Shown here: piece by piece, positions 1-9,775 of the stretch
How positions within the stretch are numbered: position 1 is the stretch's first letter
Layout: each line of letters starts with the position of its first letter
Assembly (NCBI GenBank): GCA_963825055.1
Contig: CAWGSK010000009.1
Span: forward strand, 224,001-288,000
Length of the DNA stretch: 64,000 nucleotides
Direction of reading: 5' to 3'
DNA from: an uncultured Gemmatimonadales bacterium
Lineage (GTDB): Bacteria; Gemmatimonadota; Gemmatimonadetes; Gemmatimonadales; GWC2-71-9
Position numbers and translations under genes: made by a program
Notes under the pieces: model-generated
The model's input: only the letters and a program-made list of their open reading frames with translations
The model's database searches: none
What the model was told of the DNA's origin: nothing

Positions 1-2
1 AA

Positions 3-1484
3 CTTCTCGCGGCGCTGGATCGCCTGTCGCTGTCGAGCCGTCCACCCGTCGCCTCCCTGATACGGGGGCTCCTCGTGCGGGCGCTGGCATCGAGCCCCGC
101 GGCCCTTCTGGCAGCCCTCCATCGCTACCGCAGCCTCCTGCTTCATGCCCGGGATGCCGCACGCTCCGGACTCTGCTTCGATCGCGCCGCCCTGCGACGC
201 TGGGTGGGTGAGTTGCCGGGGCAACTCGTGCTCTGGGAGCTGGTTGCCGGCGATGCCAGTGATTCCGACCTGGCCATCGAGGACGTCGGCCTCCTCGATG
301 AGATCATCGGCGCGGCGCACGCGGCATCCCAGGCGCCGGACCAGCGCGCACGGCGATTGGCCGATGTGCTGGAGGACGGGACACGCACTATCGTTTTCAC
401 GACGCATCGCGCGACTGTGAGCTATCTCCGCCAGCACCTTCCAGCCCGGGTATCGTGGTGCACGGGTTCTGCCGCCGGCGAGGGCACCTTCCGTCTCCCC
501 AGGGTGCATGTCCTGCGGCGCTGGGCACCGGGGGCCCGCGAGAAGGGGCCGACAACGCTCGTGACCACGGACGTGAGCGCCGAGGGGCTGAACCTGCAGT
601 CCGCCGCCAGGGTCGTCCACTACGACCTCCCCTGGACTGCGGCGAGAGTCGACCAGCGTGAGGGCAGAGTGCATCGCCTGGGGAGCCCGCATGCTCGCGT
701 GGAGGTCGTCCACTTCCGGCCGCCCGCCGCGATCGAGCAGCGCCTGTCCCAACTCGCGCTGCTGGACCGGAAGGCACGACTCCCCCGCCTTGCGGGCGTC
801 GGGGATGCCCCCGAAGCAGGCTGGGCCTGGCGGGATACAATGGCAGAAAGACTCGACGCCGCGGACGCCCATGCGGGAGTGGCGTGGATTGAAGGACGGG
901 AAGCGGCCATCCTCGCCGCGGTCGAGCTCCGTCATGCCGGGCCGGAGAGCACGCTTTTCCTCGAGGCCTGGCAGTCTGCGACCGGGTGGTCGGCGGATCC
1001 GGCGATGCTCTCCCGACTCCTCACGCTCGCCGAAAGTTCGCGGCCGGCACCTGCAGACACCGAAGCACTCGATCACGCTCTTACAATGATGACTGCGCGC
1101 CTGCGCACGCATTTTCAGCGGGCGTTGAGTGAGGCGCCCGCTCTCGACCACGTGAAGGAAGGACTCATCTCACGTGTCCGCGCACTCGTAGTGGAGTCTG
1201 TCCGTCAGCGGAACGATGCGGGACTCGCACGGGCGGATCGAGCGCTGCGGTTCATCCGCAGCGGACACACGGCGGGGGAATCGCTCTGGCTGAGGGATCT
1301 GCTCCGAGCGGACGATGCGGCTTTCCGGAACGCCATGCACCGCATGCCGCTGGTGACGCCGCCGATGCTCCCGGGGACTCCCCGGCTGGTCGCGCTGCTC
1401 ATGTTCCGCGGGGCGCCTGCGGCGCGCGGGGGGGGGGGGGCGGTGTCTGTGCGATCGGCTCGTGGGCGTGACGGTGCGGTGTGA
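3..1484 (+). CDS. SF2/SNF2-type helicase, C-terminal part (HELICc domain plus helical extension); 5' end lies outside the window
   Basis: Frame is open from base 3. Motifs RTIVFT (IV), TTDVSAEGLNLQ (V) and HYDLPW..RVDQREGRVHRLG (VI). The last ~25 codons run into a poly-G, low-quality stretch, so the true stop is uncertain. Confidence 0.8.
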   Translation, partial: LLAALDRLSLSSRPPVASLIRGLLVRALASSPAALLAALHRYRSLLLHARDAARSGLCFDRAALRRWVGELPGQLVLWELVAGDASDSDLAIEDVGLLDEIIGAAHAASQAPDQRARRLADVLEDGTRTIVFTTHRATVSYLRQHLPARVSWCTGSAAGEGTFRLPRVHVLRRWAPGAREKGPTTLVTTDVSAEGLNLQSAARVVHYDLPWTAARVDQREGRVHRLGSPHARVEVVHFRPPAAIEQRLSQLALLDRKARLPRLAGVGDAPEAGWAWRDTMAERLDAADAHAGVAWIEGREAAILAAVELRHAGPESTLFLEAWQSATGWSADPAMLSRLLTLAESSRPAPADTEALDHALTMMTARLRTHFQRALSEAPALDHVKEGLISRVRALVVESVRQRNDAGLARADRALRFIRSGHTAGESLWLRDLLRADDAAFRNAMHRMPLVTPPMLPGTPRLVALLMFRGAPAARGGGGAVSVRSARGRDGAV

Positions 1485-1623
1485 CGTGGCGACGGGGCGC
1501 GGGGGGGCACTCTCCTCTCGCGGGTCGTGCTGCCGGCATGGACCGGGGCATCTGGATGGGCGCGACGACGCTGTGCTCGCCGGCGCGCTGCGCGCGGACG
1601 GCGCGCGGGTGTAGGGGGGGACA

Positions 1624-3033
1624 GTGACAGGACCACTGCCTCGTGTGCGCGACGTGCTCTCGGCGGTGCTCCGGCGGAGGCCACGGTCGGCGCGCGATGA
1701 TCGCCTCGGTGTGGCCGCGATGCGCGGGCAGGGCGGCGGGAGACACGCTGCCGGCGGTGCTATGGCGCGCGGGCGTCGCCTCGGCGCGTACGCCCCTGGT
1801 GGGGGTCACGCTGGCCGGGGCACGTCGCGCTGGTCGCCGGGGGGCGCGCGGCGGGGCAACCCCATCATCTGGGACACCGCGCGCGCAGACGTAGCTGTGG
1901 GCTATCCGCCACCACGCCGAACCTCGCTCGATGGGGCGGGGGGAGGGGGGCGGCACGCCCGGCTCCCTGAACACGGGGGCCATGCCGGGATGTTCACGGG
2001 CCTCCACGTGCATGAACTCGGCCTGAACTGGCGGACACCGATTCGGACGGAAGCTCCCACCCTCGCCGGGACGCTCGGCGCGCACGGGTATCACACCGCC
2101 GGGTTCGTGGCCAACTTGATTTCGGCATCCAGTGAGACGGGACTCGCACGCGGGTTCGATCGTTACGACGACTTCCCTCACGACTGGAAAACGATCGTCG
2201 CCACGACCATGGTCGGCCAGCGCTACCTGCGCTGGAGCCCGTTCTTCCGGGGCCCCATGCGCCTATACCCACCCCGGCGCGCCCCGGAAATCACCGACGC
2301 ATTCCTGGACTGGTCCGCAGGCAGGTCCGGCCCCTGGTTCGCCTTCCTGAACTACTTCGATGCGCACGATCCGTACTACCCCCCTCCCGGCTATCAGCAG
2401 CGGTTCCACTCCGGCCGCAGCGTGGACCGCTACAACGGGGCCATTGCCCTGCTGGACAACGAACTTGGCCGCCTGCTGCTCGCACTGCAGGAGCGCGGCG
2501 TGCTGGACCGGACCATCGTCGTCGTCACGTCGGACCATGGCGAGCTGTTCGGCGCGCATGGCCTGCGCCAGCACGGCAACGCGCTCTACACCCAGCTCCT
2601 GCATGTGCCGTTCGTGATCCGCGCGCCGGGCCGGGTGCCGGCCGGCCTCCGGGTCAGCCACGCCGTCAGCATGGCCGACCTGCCCGCGACGCTCGTCTCC
2701 CTCGCCCTTCCCGGCACGGCGCACCGGCTGCCGGGGACGTCGCTCGCGGCGGCGTGGCAGGAGCCGGACGCCCTCCCCGACACCCTCATCGCCGGCGTGC
2801 CCCGTGGGGAAAATACGCCCCCGTATGAACCCGTGTCCCGCGGCAACATGACTTCCCTGCGCACAGGCCCCTGGCACCTGATCATGAACGGCGACGGGGT
2901 CCCCGAGCTCTACCACCTGGGCCATGACTCCCTGGAGTACGAGAACCTGGCACCGAGGCCCCCCACCGATTCTCTGGTCCAGGCGCTGCGGGCACGCGTG
3001 CCCCCCGCGTGGCACCACCAGGGCGGGCACTGA
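1624..3033 (+). CDS. Sulfatase / alkaline phosphatase superfamily protein; N-terminus corrupted
   Basis: IIWDTARA, HAGMFTG, GYHTAGFVAN, FLNYFDAHDPY, VVTSDHGELFG.HG..HGN.LY..LHVP, ELYHL..D.LEYENLA. Sequence before ~1980 looks garbled and the true start is unknown. Confidence 0.75.
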   Translation: MTGPLPRVRDVLSAVLRRRPRSARDDRLGVAAMRGQGGGRHAAGGAMARGRRLGAYAPGGGHAGRGTSRWSPGGARRGNPIIWDTARADVAVGYPPPRRTSLDGAGGGGRHARLPEHGGHAGMFTGLHVHELGLNWRTPIRTEAPTLAGTLGAHGYHTAGFVANLISASSETGLARGFDRYDDFPHDWKTIVATTMVGQRYLRWSPFFRGPMRLYPPRRAPEITDAFLDWSAGRSGPWFAFLNYFDAHDPYYPPPGYQQRFHSGRSVDRYNGAIALLDNELGRLLLALQERGVLDRTIVVVTSDHGELFGAHGLRQHGNALYTQLLHVPFVIRAPGRVPAGLRVSHAVSMADLPATLVSLALPGTAHRLPGTSLAAAWQEPDALPDTLIAGVPRGENTPPYEPVSRGNMTSLRTGPWHLIMNGDGVPELYHLGHDSLEYENLAPRPPTDSLVQALRARVPPAWHHQGGH

Positions 3034-3072
3034 GGCGCTTCCGTTTTACTTACCTGCGCTACGTTCCGCGCC

Positions 3073-3715
3073 ATGCCAGCTCCCCGCGCCCTGCTCTTCG
3101 ACCTCGATGGCACCCTCATCGACTCGATCCGTCTCATCATCGACAGCTACCACCACACCCTCGCCACCCACGGGCTCCCCGCCGCGGACGGACGAGGTCT
3201 GGCTCGCCGGCATCGGCACGCCGCTCCGGACCCAGTTCGCCGACTGCTGCCCCGACGAGGAGACGATGGAACGGTTCATCGCCACCTACCGGGAGTTCAA
3301 CCTCTCCAACCATGACCGGTACGTGACGGTGTACGACGGCGTGGCATCCATGATCGACGAACTTCGCCGCCGAAGCGTCCCGATGGCCCTGGTCACCAGC
3401 AAGAGCAGGAACGGCGCCCTCCGCGGGCTCGGCCTGGCAGGGTTCGCCGACGCGTTCTCCTGCCTGGTCTGCGCCGACGACGTCACCCACCCCAAGCCCG
3501 ACCCGGAGCCGGTCCACATGGCCCTGGAGCAGCTCGGCGCCGACCCCGCTGATACGGTATTCATCGGGGACAGCCTGCACGACATGGCCTCCGGGCGCGC
3601 GGCCGGGGTACGGACGGGAGCGGTACTCTGGGGCCCGTTTTCGCGGGGCCACCTCGAACCGGCGAACCCGGACTACTGGCTCTCCAGACCCGGGGATGTC
3701 CTGGACCTGTTCTGA
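3073..3715 (+). CDS. HAD-superfamily hydrolase (PpaX-like pyrophosphatase / phosphoglycolate phosphatase), +1 frameshift near 3180
   Basis: Motif I FDLDGTLIDS is in ORF 3073..3315, and VTSK, KPDPEP and IGDS.HD are in ORF 2924..3715. One extra C in ctccccgccg separates the two frames. Confidence 0.8.
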
Positions 3716-3797
3716 ACTCCCTGGCGGCCCCGCCGCGGTCTTGTCACGGCGAAGCAACGGAGTATCTTCACGGCGCCTCTCTCTTCGGAGCCAGTCC

Positions 3798-4418
3798 GTG
3801 CGCCTCCTCCCCCGCGATGAACGCTTTTTCGAGCTCTTCACGGCGGTCGCCACCCTGACGCTGAACGCCTCGCGCCTGCTCCGGGAGATGCTCGAGGCCG
3901 ACCCGGACCGTCGGGTCCACCTGATCGACCAGATCAAGCGGGCCGAGCACGAAGCCGACGAACTCACCCTGGAAGTGGTGACCCGGCTCCACCGCTCCTT
4001 CATCACGCCGCTCGACCGCGAGGACATCCACCTCCTCGCCAACCACCTCGACGACATCATGGACATCATAGACGGGACGGCCCGCCGGGCCGCGATCTTC
4101 CGGATCGGGAAGTCGCCCCGGGGAGCCATCCTGATGGCCGGCGTGATCGAGCGTGCCCTCGAGCAGTTGCTGACCGCCGTCAAGGAACTGGAGTTGGGCC
4201 GGAGAGACCGCCTGTCGCCCTCGTGCCAGGCCGTGAAGAAGCTGGAGGAGGAAGGAGATTCGATCTACCACGAGTGGCTTGCGAAGCTCTTCGACAACTC
4301 GGAGGATGCGCTCACGGTCATGAAGTGGAAGGAGATCTACGACAACCTCGAACGGACGCTGGACCAGACCGAGGACGCCGCCAACATCCTGCAGTCGATT
4401 TCCATCAAGAACTCCTGA
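3798..4418 (+). CDS. DUF47 / PhoU-like phosphate transport regulator
   Basis: GTG at 3798 after GGAG. Motifs IKRAEHEAD, FITPLDREDI, LDDIMD, LEEEGD, WKEIYDNLE. Directly upstream of a Pit gene. Confidence 0.9.
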   Translation: MRLLPRDERFFELFTAVATLTLNASRLLREMLEADPDRRVHLIDQIKRAEHEADELTLEVVTRLHRSFITPLDREDIHLLANHLDDIMDIIDGTARRAAIFRIGKSPRGAILMAGVIERALEQLLTAVKELELGRRDRLSPSCQAVKKLEEEGDSIYHEWLAKLFDNSEDALTVMKWKEIYDNLERTLDQTEDAANILQSISIKNS

Positions 4419-4420
4419 CC

Positions 4421-5455
4421 ATGGACAGCACCATCGTCTATGTGCTGGTGATCGTCGGAGTCGCCTTCGTCTTCGACTTCATCAACGGCTTCCACGACAG
4501 CGCCAACTCGATCGCCACGGTCGTGGCCACCCGGGTACTGTCCCCCGGCGTTGCGGTGTTCTGGGCGGCGTTCTTCAATTTTGTCGCGGCCTTCGTAGTG
4601 GGCACGGCGGTCGCCAAGACCCTCGGCAAGGGCCTGATCGACCCCAGCGTGGTGGACCCCTCCGTGGTGCTGGCCGGACTGCTCGGCGCAATCATCTGGG
4701 ACCTGATCACCTGGTGGCTGGGCCTCCCGACCTCCTCCAGCCATGCGCTCCTCGGCGGGTACGGCGGCGCGGCCATCGCCAAGGCCGGCTTCGGCTCGCT
4801 CATCCTGTCCGGCTGGATCAAGCCGATCCTGTTCATCGTGCTGAGCCCGCTGATCGGCATGATCCTCGGGATGATCCTGACGGTCGGGCTCAGCTGGGCC
4901 TTCCACAAGAGGCCCGCCCAGCCGGTGGAGAAGCTCTTCCGACGCCTCCAGCTCCTCTCCGCCGCCCTCTATTCGCTGAGCCACGGCGCCAACGACGCCC
5001 AGAAGACCATGGGCATCATCGTCGGACTGCTGGTGGCGACCCAGGTCCACTTCGCCGACGCGACCGGCCTGCTTTCCCACCTGTACCTCACCAATGCCGA
5101 CCACATCCCGCTCTGGATCATCCTCTTCGCCCATCTGGCCATCGCGCTGGGCACGGCGGCCGGCGGGTGGCGGATCGTGAAGACAATGGGCACCCGGATC
5201 ACCAAGCTCCGGCCGTTCGGCGGGTTCTGCGCCGAGACGGCAGGCGGCCTCACCGTGCTCATGGCGTCGCATCTTGGCGTGCCCGTCAGCACGACGCACA
5301 CGATCACCGGTGCCATTGTGGGGGTGGGAAGCAGCCAGCGGATGTCCGCGGTGCGCTGGGGAGTCGCGAGCCGGATCCTGTGGGCCTGGATCCTGACGAT
5401 CCCGATGGCCGCGGTCATCGCAATGCTGTCGTTCCTGCTGCTGCGGGCGTTCTAG
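4421..5455 (+). CDS. pit: Inorganic phosphate transporter, PiT family
   Basis: Signature motifs NGFHDSANSIAT, GLPTSSSHAL, SHGANDAQKTMG and PVSTTH; multiple TM segments. Confidence 0.95.
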   Translation: MDSTIVYVLVIVGVAFVFDFINGFHDSANSIATVVATRVLSPGVAVFWAAFFNFVAAFVVGTAVAKTLGKGLIDPSVVDPSVVLAGLLGAIIWDLITWWLGLPTSSSHALLGGYGGAAIAKAGFGSLILSGWIKPILFIVLSPLIGMILGMILTVGLSWAFHKRPAQPVEKLFRRLQLLSAALYSLSHGANDAQKTMGIIVGLLVATQVHFADATGLLSHLYLTNADHIPLWIILFAHLAIALGTAAGGWRIVKTMGTRITKLRPFGGFCAETAGGLTVLMASHLGVPVSTTHTITGAIVGVGSSQRMSAVRWGVASRILWAWILTIPMAAVIAMLSFLLLRAF

Positions 5456-5465
5456 GGATACGGCC

Positions 5466-6608
5466 TCAGGCGGCGACCGTCCGCGGCGACCGGATGGCCT
5501 GCTCGTACGTGCCGATGAGGTCGTCGAACACACGATCCCATCGCCGTTCACATGCTGTCTCGCGGGCTCCCGCCGCGAGCCGCCGACGGAGTGCCTCGTC
5601 CTCCAGCAGCCGCTCGAGCCCCTCGGCGATCGCCGCCGCGCTTCCCGGCGCGACCAGCCATGCATTGTCCCCGTGCCGCGCGAACTCCACCACGCCCCCT
5701 GCCGCCGCCGCGAGGCTCGGCAGGCCGGAACTCATCGCCTCCAGCAGGACGTTCCCGAAGGTCTCCGTGGTGGAGGGGAAGGCGAAGATGTCGGCGGAGG
5801 CATATGCGGCCGACAGGTCGACGGACTGCTTGACGCCGGCCAGACGCAGGCCGGGGATTTCCCGCTGGCGGAGCTCGTCCTCCATCGGCCCCTTGCCGAC
5901 CAGGACGAGCTTGACGTCGTCGCGCCGGCCCAGGAGCTCCCAGGCACTCACCAGCAGGTCCAGGTCCTTCTCCCGCGCGATCCGTCCCACGTAGGTGATC
6001 AGGAGATCGCGCGGGCCCACGCCGAGTGACTCGCGATAGGCCTCCTTCCGGAAGCGCGGATGGAAGAGCGAGGTGTCCACGCCCCGGCTCCAGAGGCCGG
6101 TGTGCGGGATTCCACGGGCATTGAGGTGCCGCTCGTAGACCCCGGACGGGCAGAGCACGACGCCCGCCTGGCCGTAGAACCAGCGCAGGTAGCGCCAGCC
6201 CGCGCGCATCACCCAGTCGAGCCCGTAGCGCGAGGCATAGCGTTCGTAGTCGGTGTGCGCGGAGGCGATGACGGGCACACCGAGCCGGCGCGCGACCCGG
6301 AGGCCCGCGACCCCCATCGTGAATTCCGTGGCGACATGCACCAGGTCAGGCCGGAACCGCGAGGCGTCCTCCACCACACGGCGGGTGCGCGGGAAGGCCC
6401 ACTGGACATCGGGATAGAGAAAGAGCGGAATGCTGGGTGAGCGGTGAACGTCGTCCCGGTCGGAGGCGCCGGGAGGAATCGAATAGGTGGCGGAATAGAC
6501 CCGTACCTCGTGCCCCCGCTGCCGAAGCGCCTCGCTCAGGCGCAGCAGGGTCACGCCCACGCCACTGACCATGGGCCAGTACACCTCGGAGAACAACGCA
6601 ATACGCAT
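5466..6608 (-). CDS. Glycosyltransferase family 4 (GT-B; PimA / glycolipid synthase-like)
   Basis: MRIALFSEVYWPMVSGV, SRGVD, YVGRIAREK, and ETFGNVLLEAM (EX7E motif). Confidence 0.9.
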   Translation of the reverse strand: MRIALFSEVYWPMVSGVGVTLLRLSEALRQRGHEVRVYSATYSIPPGASDRDDVHRSPSIPLFLYPDVQWAFPRTRRVVEDASRFRPDLVHVATEFTMGVAGLRVARRLGVPVIASAHTDYERYASRYGLDWVMRAGWRYLRWFYGQAGVVLCPSGVYERHLNARGIPHTGLWSRGVDTSLFHPRFRKEAYRESLGVGPRDLLITYVGRIAREKDLDLLVSAWELLGRRDDVKLVLVGKGPMEDELRQREIPGLRLAGVKQSVDLSAAYASADIFAFPSTTETFGNVLLEAMSSGLPSLAAAAGGVVEFARHGDNAWLVAPGSAAAIAEGLERLLEDEALRRRLAAGARETACERRWDRVFDDLIGTYEQAIRSPRTVAA

Positions 6609-6724
6609 CGGTCCAAGCTAAGAGCCGCGGCCAATCCCGGGCAAGCACGCGCCCGGCATGGACTATCCGGCGGCCCGGGCTTCAATTACGACGAGACTGC
6701 CACAACCTCCTCCCGGGAGCGCAG

Positions 6725-7330
6725 GTGAGAGAAGGACATGTCGACGCCCTGCTGCTCGCCGCCGGCCGCGCCTCCCGCTTCGGCGGGCGCAAGCTGCTCG
6801 CCAGCCTGGACGGCGCCCCGCTCGCGACGCACGCGGCGCGGACGGTGCAGTCCCTGCTTGCGGACGGCACCCTCCGGCATGCCGTCGCCGTCACCGACGG
6901 GGATCCTGACCTCGGCGGGCTCCTGGCGTCGCACGGGTTCCGCGTTGCGCCCCTCGCAGGTCCCGCCCTTCCGCTCTCCGACAGCCTGCGCACAGGGATC
7001 GCCGCCCTGGAATCCGAGCGGCCTCCGGCAAGCGCCGCCCTCATTTTCCTGGCGGACCAGCCCCGCGTACATCCCGATGTCGCGCGCGCCATCCTGGTGC
7101 GCTGGCGCCGGGTCAACCGCCCCGTCGTTCGCCCCGGCTACAACGGCGAGCCGGGCGTCCCGGGCCATCCGGTCCTCGTCGCCCGCCCCGCGTGGCACTT
7201 CGTCGAGGCGCTCGAGGGAGACCAGGGGCTGTCGGCGTGGCTTCGCGACCGCCCTGGCCTCGTGGAGACCATTGCCGTCCCGGGACGCAACCCCGACGTG
7301 GACGAACCGGCCGACCTCGAGCGGGCATGA
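6725..7330 (+). CDS. mocA: Molybdenum cofactor nucleotidyltransferase (MocA/MobA-like NTP transferase)
   Basis: LLAAGRASRFGGRKLL, LADQP, GHPV, GDQG, DVDEPADL. Context with coxG and xdhC. Confidence 0.8.
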   Translation: MREGHVDALLLAAGRASRFGGRKLLASLDGAPLATHAARTVQSLLADGTLRHAVAVTDGDPDLGGLLASHGFRVAPLAGPALPLSDSLRTGIAALESERPPASAALIFLADQPRVHPDVARAILVRWRRVNRPVVRPGYNGEPGVPGHPVLVARPAWHFVEALEGDQGLSAWLRDRPGLVETIAVPGRNPDVDEPADLERA

Positions 7331-7794
7331 GACTGACCTTTGCGGGTACCCAGGACGTGGCGGCGCCACGGGAATACGTGTGGGAGGGGCTGCTCGATCC
7401 CGAGGCCATCGGCGCCGCGGGCCCCGGGGTCGAGAACGTCGAGGTCATCGACGATCGCCACTATCAGGTCGTAACGGCGTTCGGTGTGGGGTTCCTCAAG
7501 CTGCGCTTCCGGGTCCACGTCGAGCTGGTGGAACTGGCGCCACCGGACCTGCTCCGCCTGAGCGCGAAGGGACACGCCCCGGGGTCAGACTTCGAAGCCC
7601 GTGTCCGTGTGGACCTGAGTGCTCCCGAACCTGGCCGGACCCTGCTCACCTGGGAAGCCGTGCCGGTGTTCGGCGGGATGGTCGCGCGCGTGGGAGCCCG
7701 CCTGCTGGAAGGCGTAGCCCGGGGGCTCACCGAGGAGTTCTGGCGTGACTTCGCGCGCGGTATCGAGCGGAACTGGAGAACGAATGGGGGATAG
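7327..7794 (+). CDS. coxG: CoxG / SRPBCC family protein
   Basis: ATG overlaps the upstream TGA (ATGA). Pattern APREYVWEGLLDPE..PG.E.V and GGMVARVGARLL. Confidence 0.8.
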   Translation: MRLTFAGTQDVAAPREYVWEGLLDPEAIGAAGPGVENVEVIDDRHYQVVTAFGVGFLKLRFRVHVELVELAPPDLLRLSAKGHAPGSDFEARVRVDLSAPEPGRTLLTWEAVPVFGGMVARVGARLLEGVARGLTEEFWRDFARGIERNWRTNGG

Positions 7795-8805
7795 ATGCGT
7801 GAGGTAGCGCGTGAGTTCGATCGTCTCGCCACCCACGGAGCCGTCGGCCGGGCGGTGATCACCTCGGTGTGGGGCTCTGCGCCACGCCCGCCGGGAGCCA
7901 CCCTCCTCGCGACGGCGGACGCGACCCTGGCCGGCTCGGTGTCCGGCGGGTGCGTCGAGACTGAAGCGGCCGCGGCCATTGCCGGCGCGGTCATGCGGAA
8001 GGAGGCCCGCCTCGTCTCCTATGGGGTGAGCAACGCGCGGGCCTGGGAGGTGGGGCTGGCGTGCGGCGGAACGATCGAGCTGCTTATCCAGCCCGCCGTG
8101 CCGGCCGGGGTCCTCGATGCCGCACGCGCCCCGTCGGGCCAGGTGTTCGCCACCCCGCTCGAGGGCGAAGCGATGGGCCGGACCGCCCCGGTTGATCCCA
8201 CCGGCAGCACCGCCCTCGAGATGGCGGCGGCCGAGGCGCTTGGGCGCGAAGCGGCGGGTACGGTAAACCTTCCCGAAGGCCGGGTATTCCTCGAGGTTTT
8301 TCCGCCCCAGCCGAGGCTGGTGATCTTCGGCGCCGGCCACATTGCCATTGAGCTGGTGCCGCTCGCGGCGGCGCTCGGGTTCCGGACCATTGTCGCCGAC
8401 GGGCGGGCGGCGTTCCTGACCCCCGAACGGTTCCCCGGTGCCGATGAGCTCATCAGGGGCTGGCCAGAGGAAGCGTTCGAGCGGGTCGGGCTCGACACGG
8501 CCACCTACGTCTGTGTGCTCTCACATGACCCGAAGTTCGATGAACCGGCCCTGGCCATCGCCCTTCCCTCCCGCGCGCGCTATGTGGGCGCCATCGGCTC
8601 GCGGAAGACCCAGGCGGAGCGCCGTCGGCGCCTCACCGACCAGGGGCTCCCGCCTGAGGCGATCGCCCGCCTTCGCGGGCCAATAGGCCTGAACCTCGGC
8701 GGACGGCGACCGGTGGAAACCGCGCTGGCGATTCTGGCCGAGATGGTCGCCGTGCGCTACGGCGGGTCAGGTGGGGCCCTCGCGCCGGCGCCTGCCACGA
8801 GGTAA
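7795..8805 (+). CDS. xdhC: XdhC/CoxI family Moco-insertion chaperone
   Basis: WGSAPRPPGA, GSVSGGCVE, VGLACGG, FGAGHIA, SHDPKFD, YVGAIGSR, PIGLNLG..P.ETALAILAE. Confidence 0.92.
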   Translation: MREVAREFDRLATHGAVGRAVITSVWGSAPRPPGATLLATADATLAGSVSGGCVETEAAAAIAGAVMRKEARLVSYGVSNARAWEVGLACGGTIELLIQPAVPAGVLDAARAPSGQVFATPLEGEAMGRTAPVDPTGSTALEMAAAEALGREAAGTVNLPEGRVFLEVFPPQPRLVIFGAGHIAIELVPLAAALGFRTIVADGRAAFLTPERFPGADELIRGWPEEAFERVGLDTATYVCVLSHDPKFDEPALAIALPSRARYVGAIGSRKTQAERRRRLTDQGLPPEAIARLRGPIGLNLGGRRPVETALAILAEMVAVRYGGSGGALAPAPATR

Positions 8806-8863
8806 GTGCCAGAGCGCCGGGTCGCACACGAAACTGCAGAAGAGGGGGATGGCTGCAAGTCGA

Positions 8864-9767
8864 CTACGGAACGACCGCTGTTCCCTCCTGTGCCACCAGG
8901 GCCCTGAACCACTCCTGGAGCTGCTGCCCGACGGGGCCGGGCGTTCCCCCGCCGATGGTTCTCCCATCCACCTCGGTCACGGCCGCAATCTCACCCATGG
9001 TGCCGGTACAGAAGCATTCATCGGCGCCGTAGACCTCCGTAAGCGAGATGTCGCGCTCGGCGTGGGACACATCGTGCCCGGCGCACAGCTCCAGCACCGC
9101 CTCGCGGGTGATGCCCTCGGGGCACGCGACCGTCCGGCTGGTGCTCACGGCGCCGTCCTGCACGATGAAGACATGCGTGGCATTGGTCTCGGCCACGAAC
9201 CCGCGCACGTCGAGCATCACGGCGTCATCCGCGCCGGCAATGTTCGCCTCGATCTTCGCCAGGATGGACTGCAGCAGGTTGGCATGATGAATCTTCGGAT
9301 CGAGGCAGTCCGGGGGGAAACGGCGGACCGAGCTGGTGATGAGTTTCAGGCCTGAACGGCCGTAGACCGGCGGCTTGTGCTCAGCGAGGACGATCAGCGT
9401 CGGTCCCGCCTGGTTGAGGCGCGGGTCCATGCCGGAAGTGATCTTGACCCCGCGCGTCAGGGTAAGCCGGATGTGCACGCCATCCCGCATCCCGTTTACC
9501 TCCAGGGTGCGCCGGATCTCCGCGACGATCGTGTCGTCTTCCGGAATGTCCTGGAAGGCCAGCGCACGCGCCGACTGCCGGAGCCGGGCCAGGTGGCGTT
9601 CCAGCCGGAAGATCCGGCCGTCGTAGAGCGCGGAGCCCCTCCCACACGGCATCCCCGCCCTGGACCACCGAGTCAAACGGGCTCACGCCCGCCCGGTCGC
9701 GATGCTCGAGTGTTCCGTTGATGTTGACGATCAGGTCACGGTTCTTCTCATTCCAGGCCTGGAGCAT
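8864..9767 (-). CDS. Class IV PLP aminotransferase (BCAT/D-amino acid aminotransferase-like), frameshift near 9630
   Basis: N-terminus MLQAWNEKN..SPFDSVVQGGDAVWEGLR (frame of ORF 9381..9962) joins LYDGRIFRLERHL..DPKIHHANLL..ETNATHVF..GITRE..ADECFCTGTMGE (ORF 8864..9676). One extra C in ctccgcgctc on the minus strand. Confidence 0.85.
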
Positions 9768-9775
9768 GTCCCCGC

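Noticed and set aside
1427..1960. G-quadruplex or contingency poly-G locus
   Set aside because: Coincides with garbled coding sequence, consistent with low-quality consensus.
3170..3195. Programmed frameshift or phase variation in the HAD gene and other broken genes
   Set aside because: No slippery heptamer or long simple repeat at the sites. Many unrelated genes are similarly hit, so sequencing error is more parsimonious.
7327..8805. Aerobic CO oxidation capacity
   Set aside because: Only accessory genes are present; no coxL/M/S in the window.
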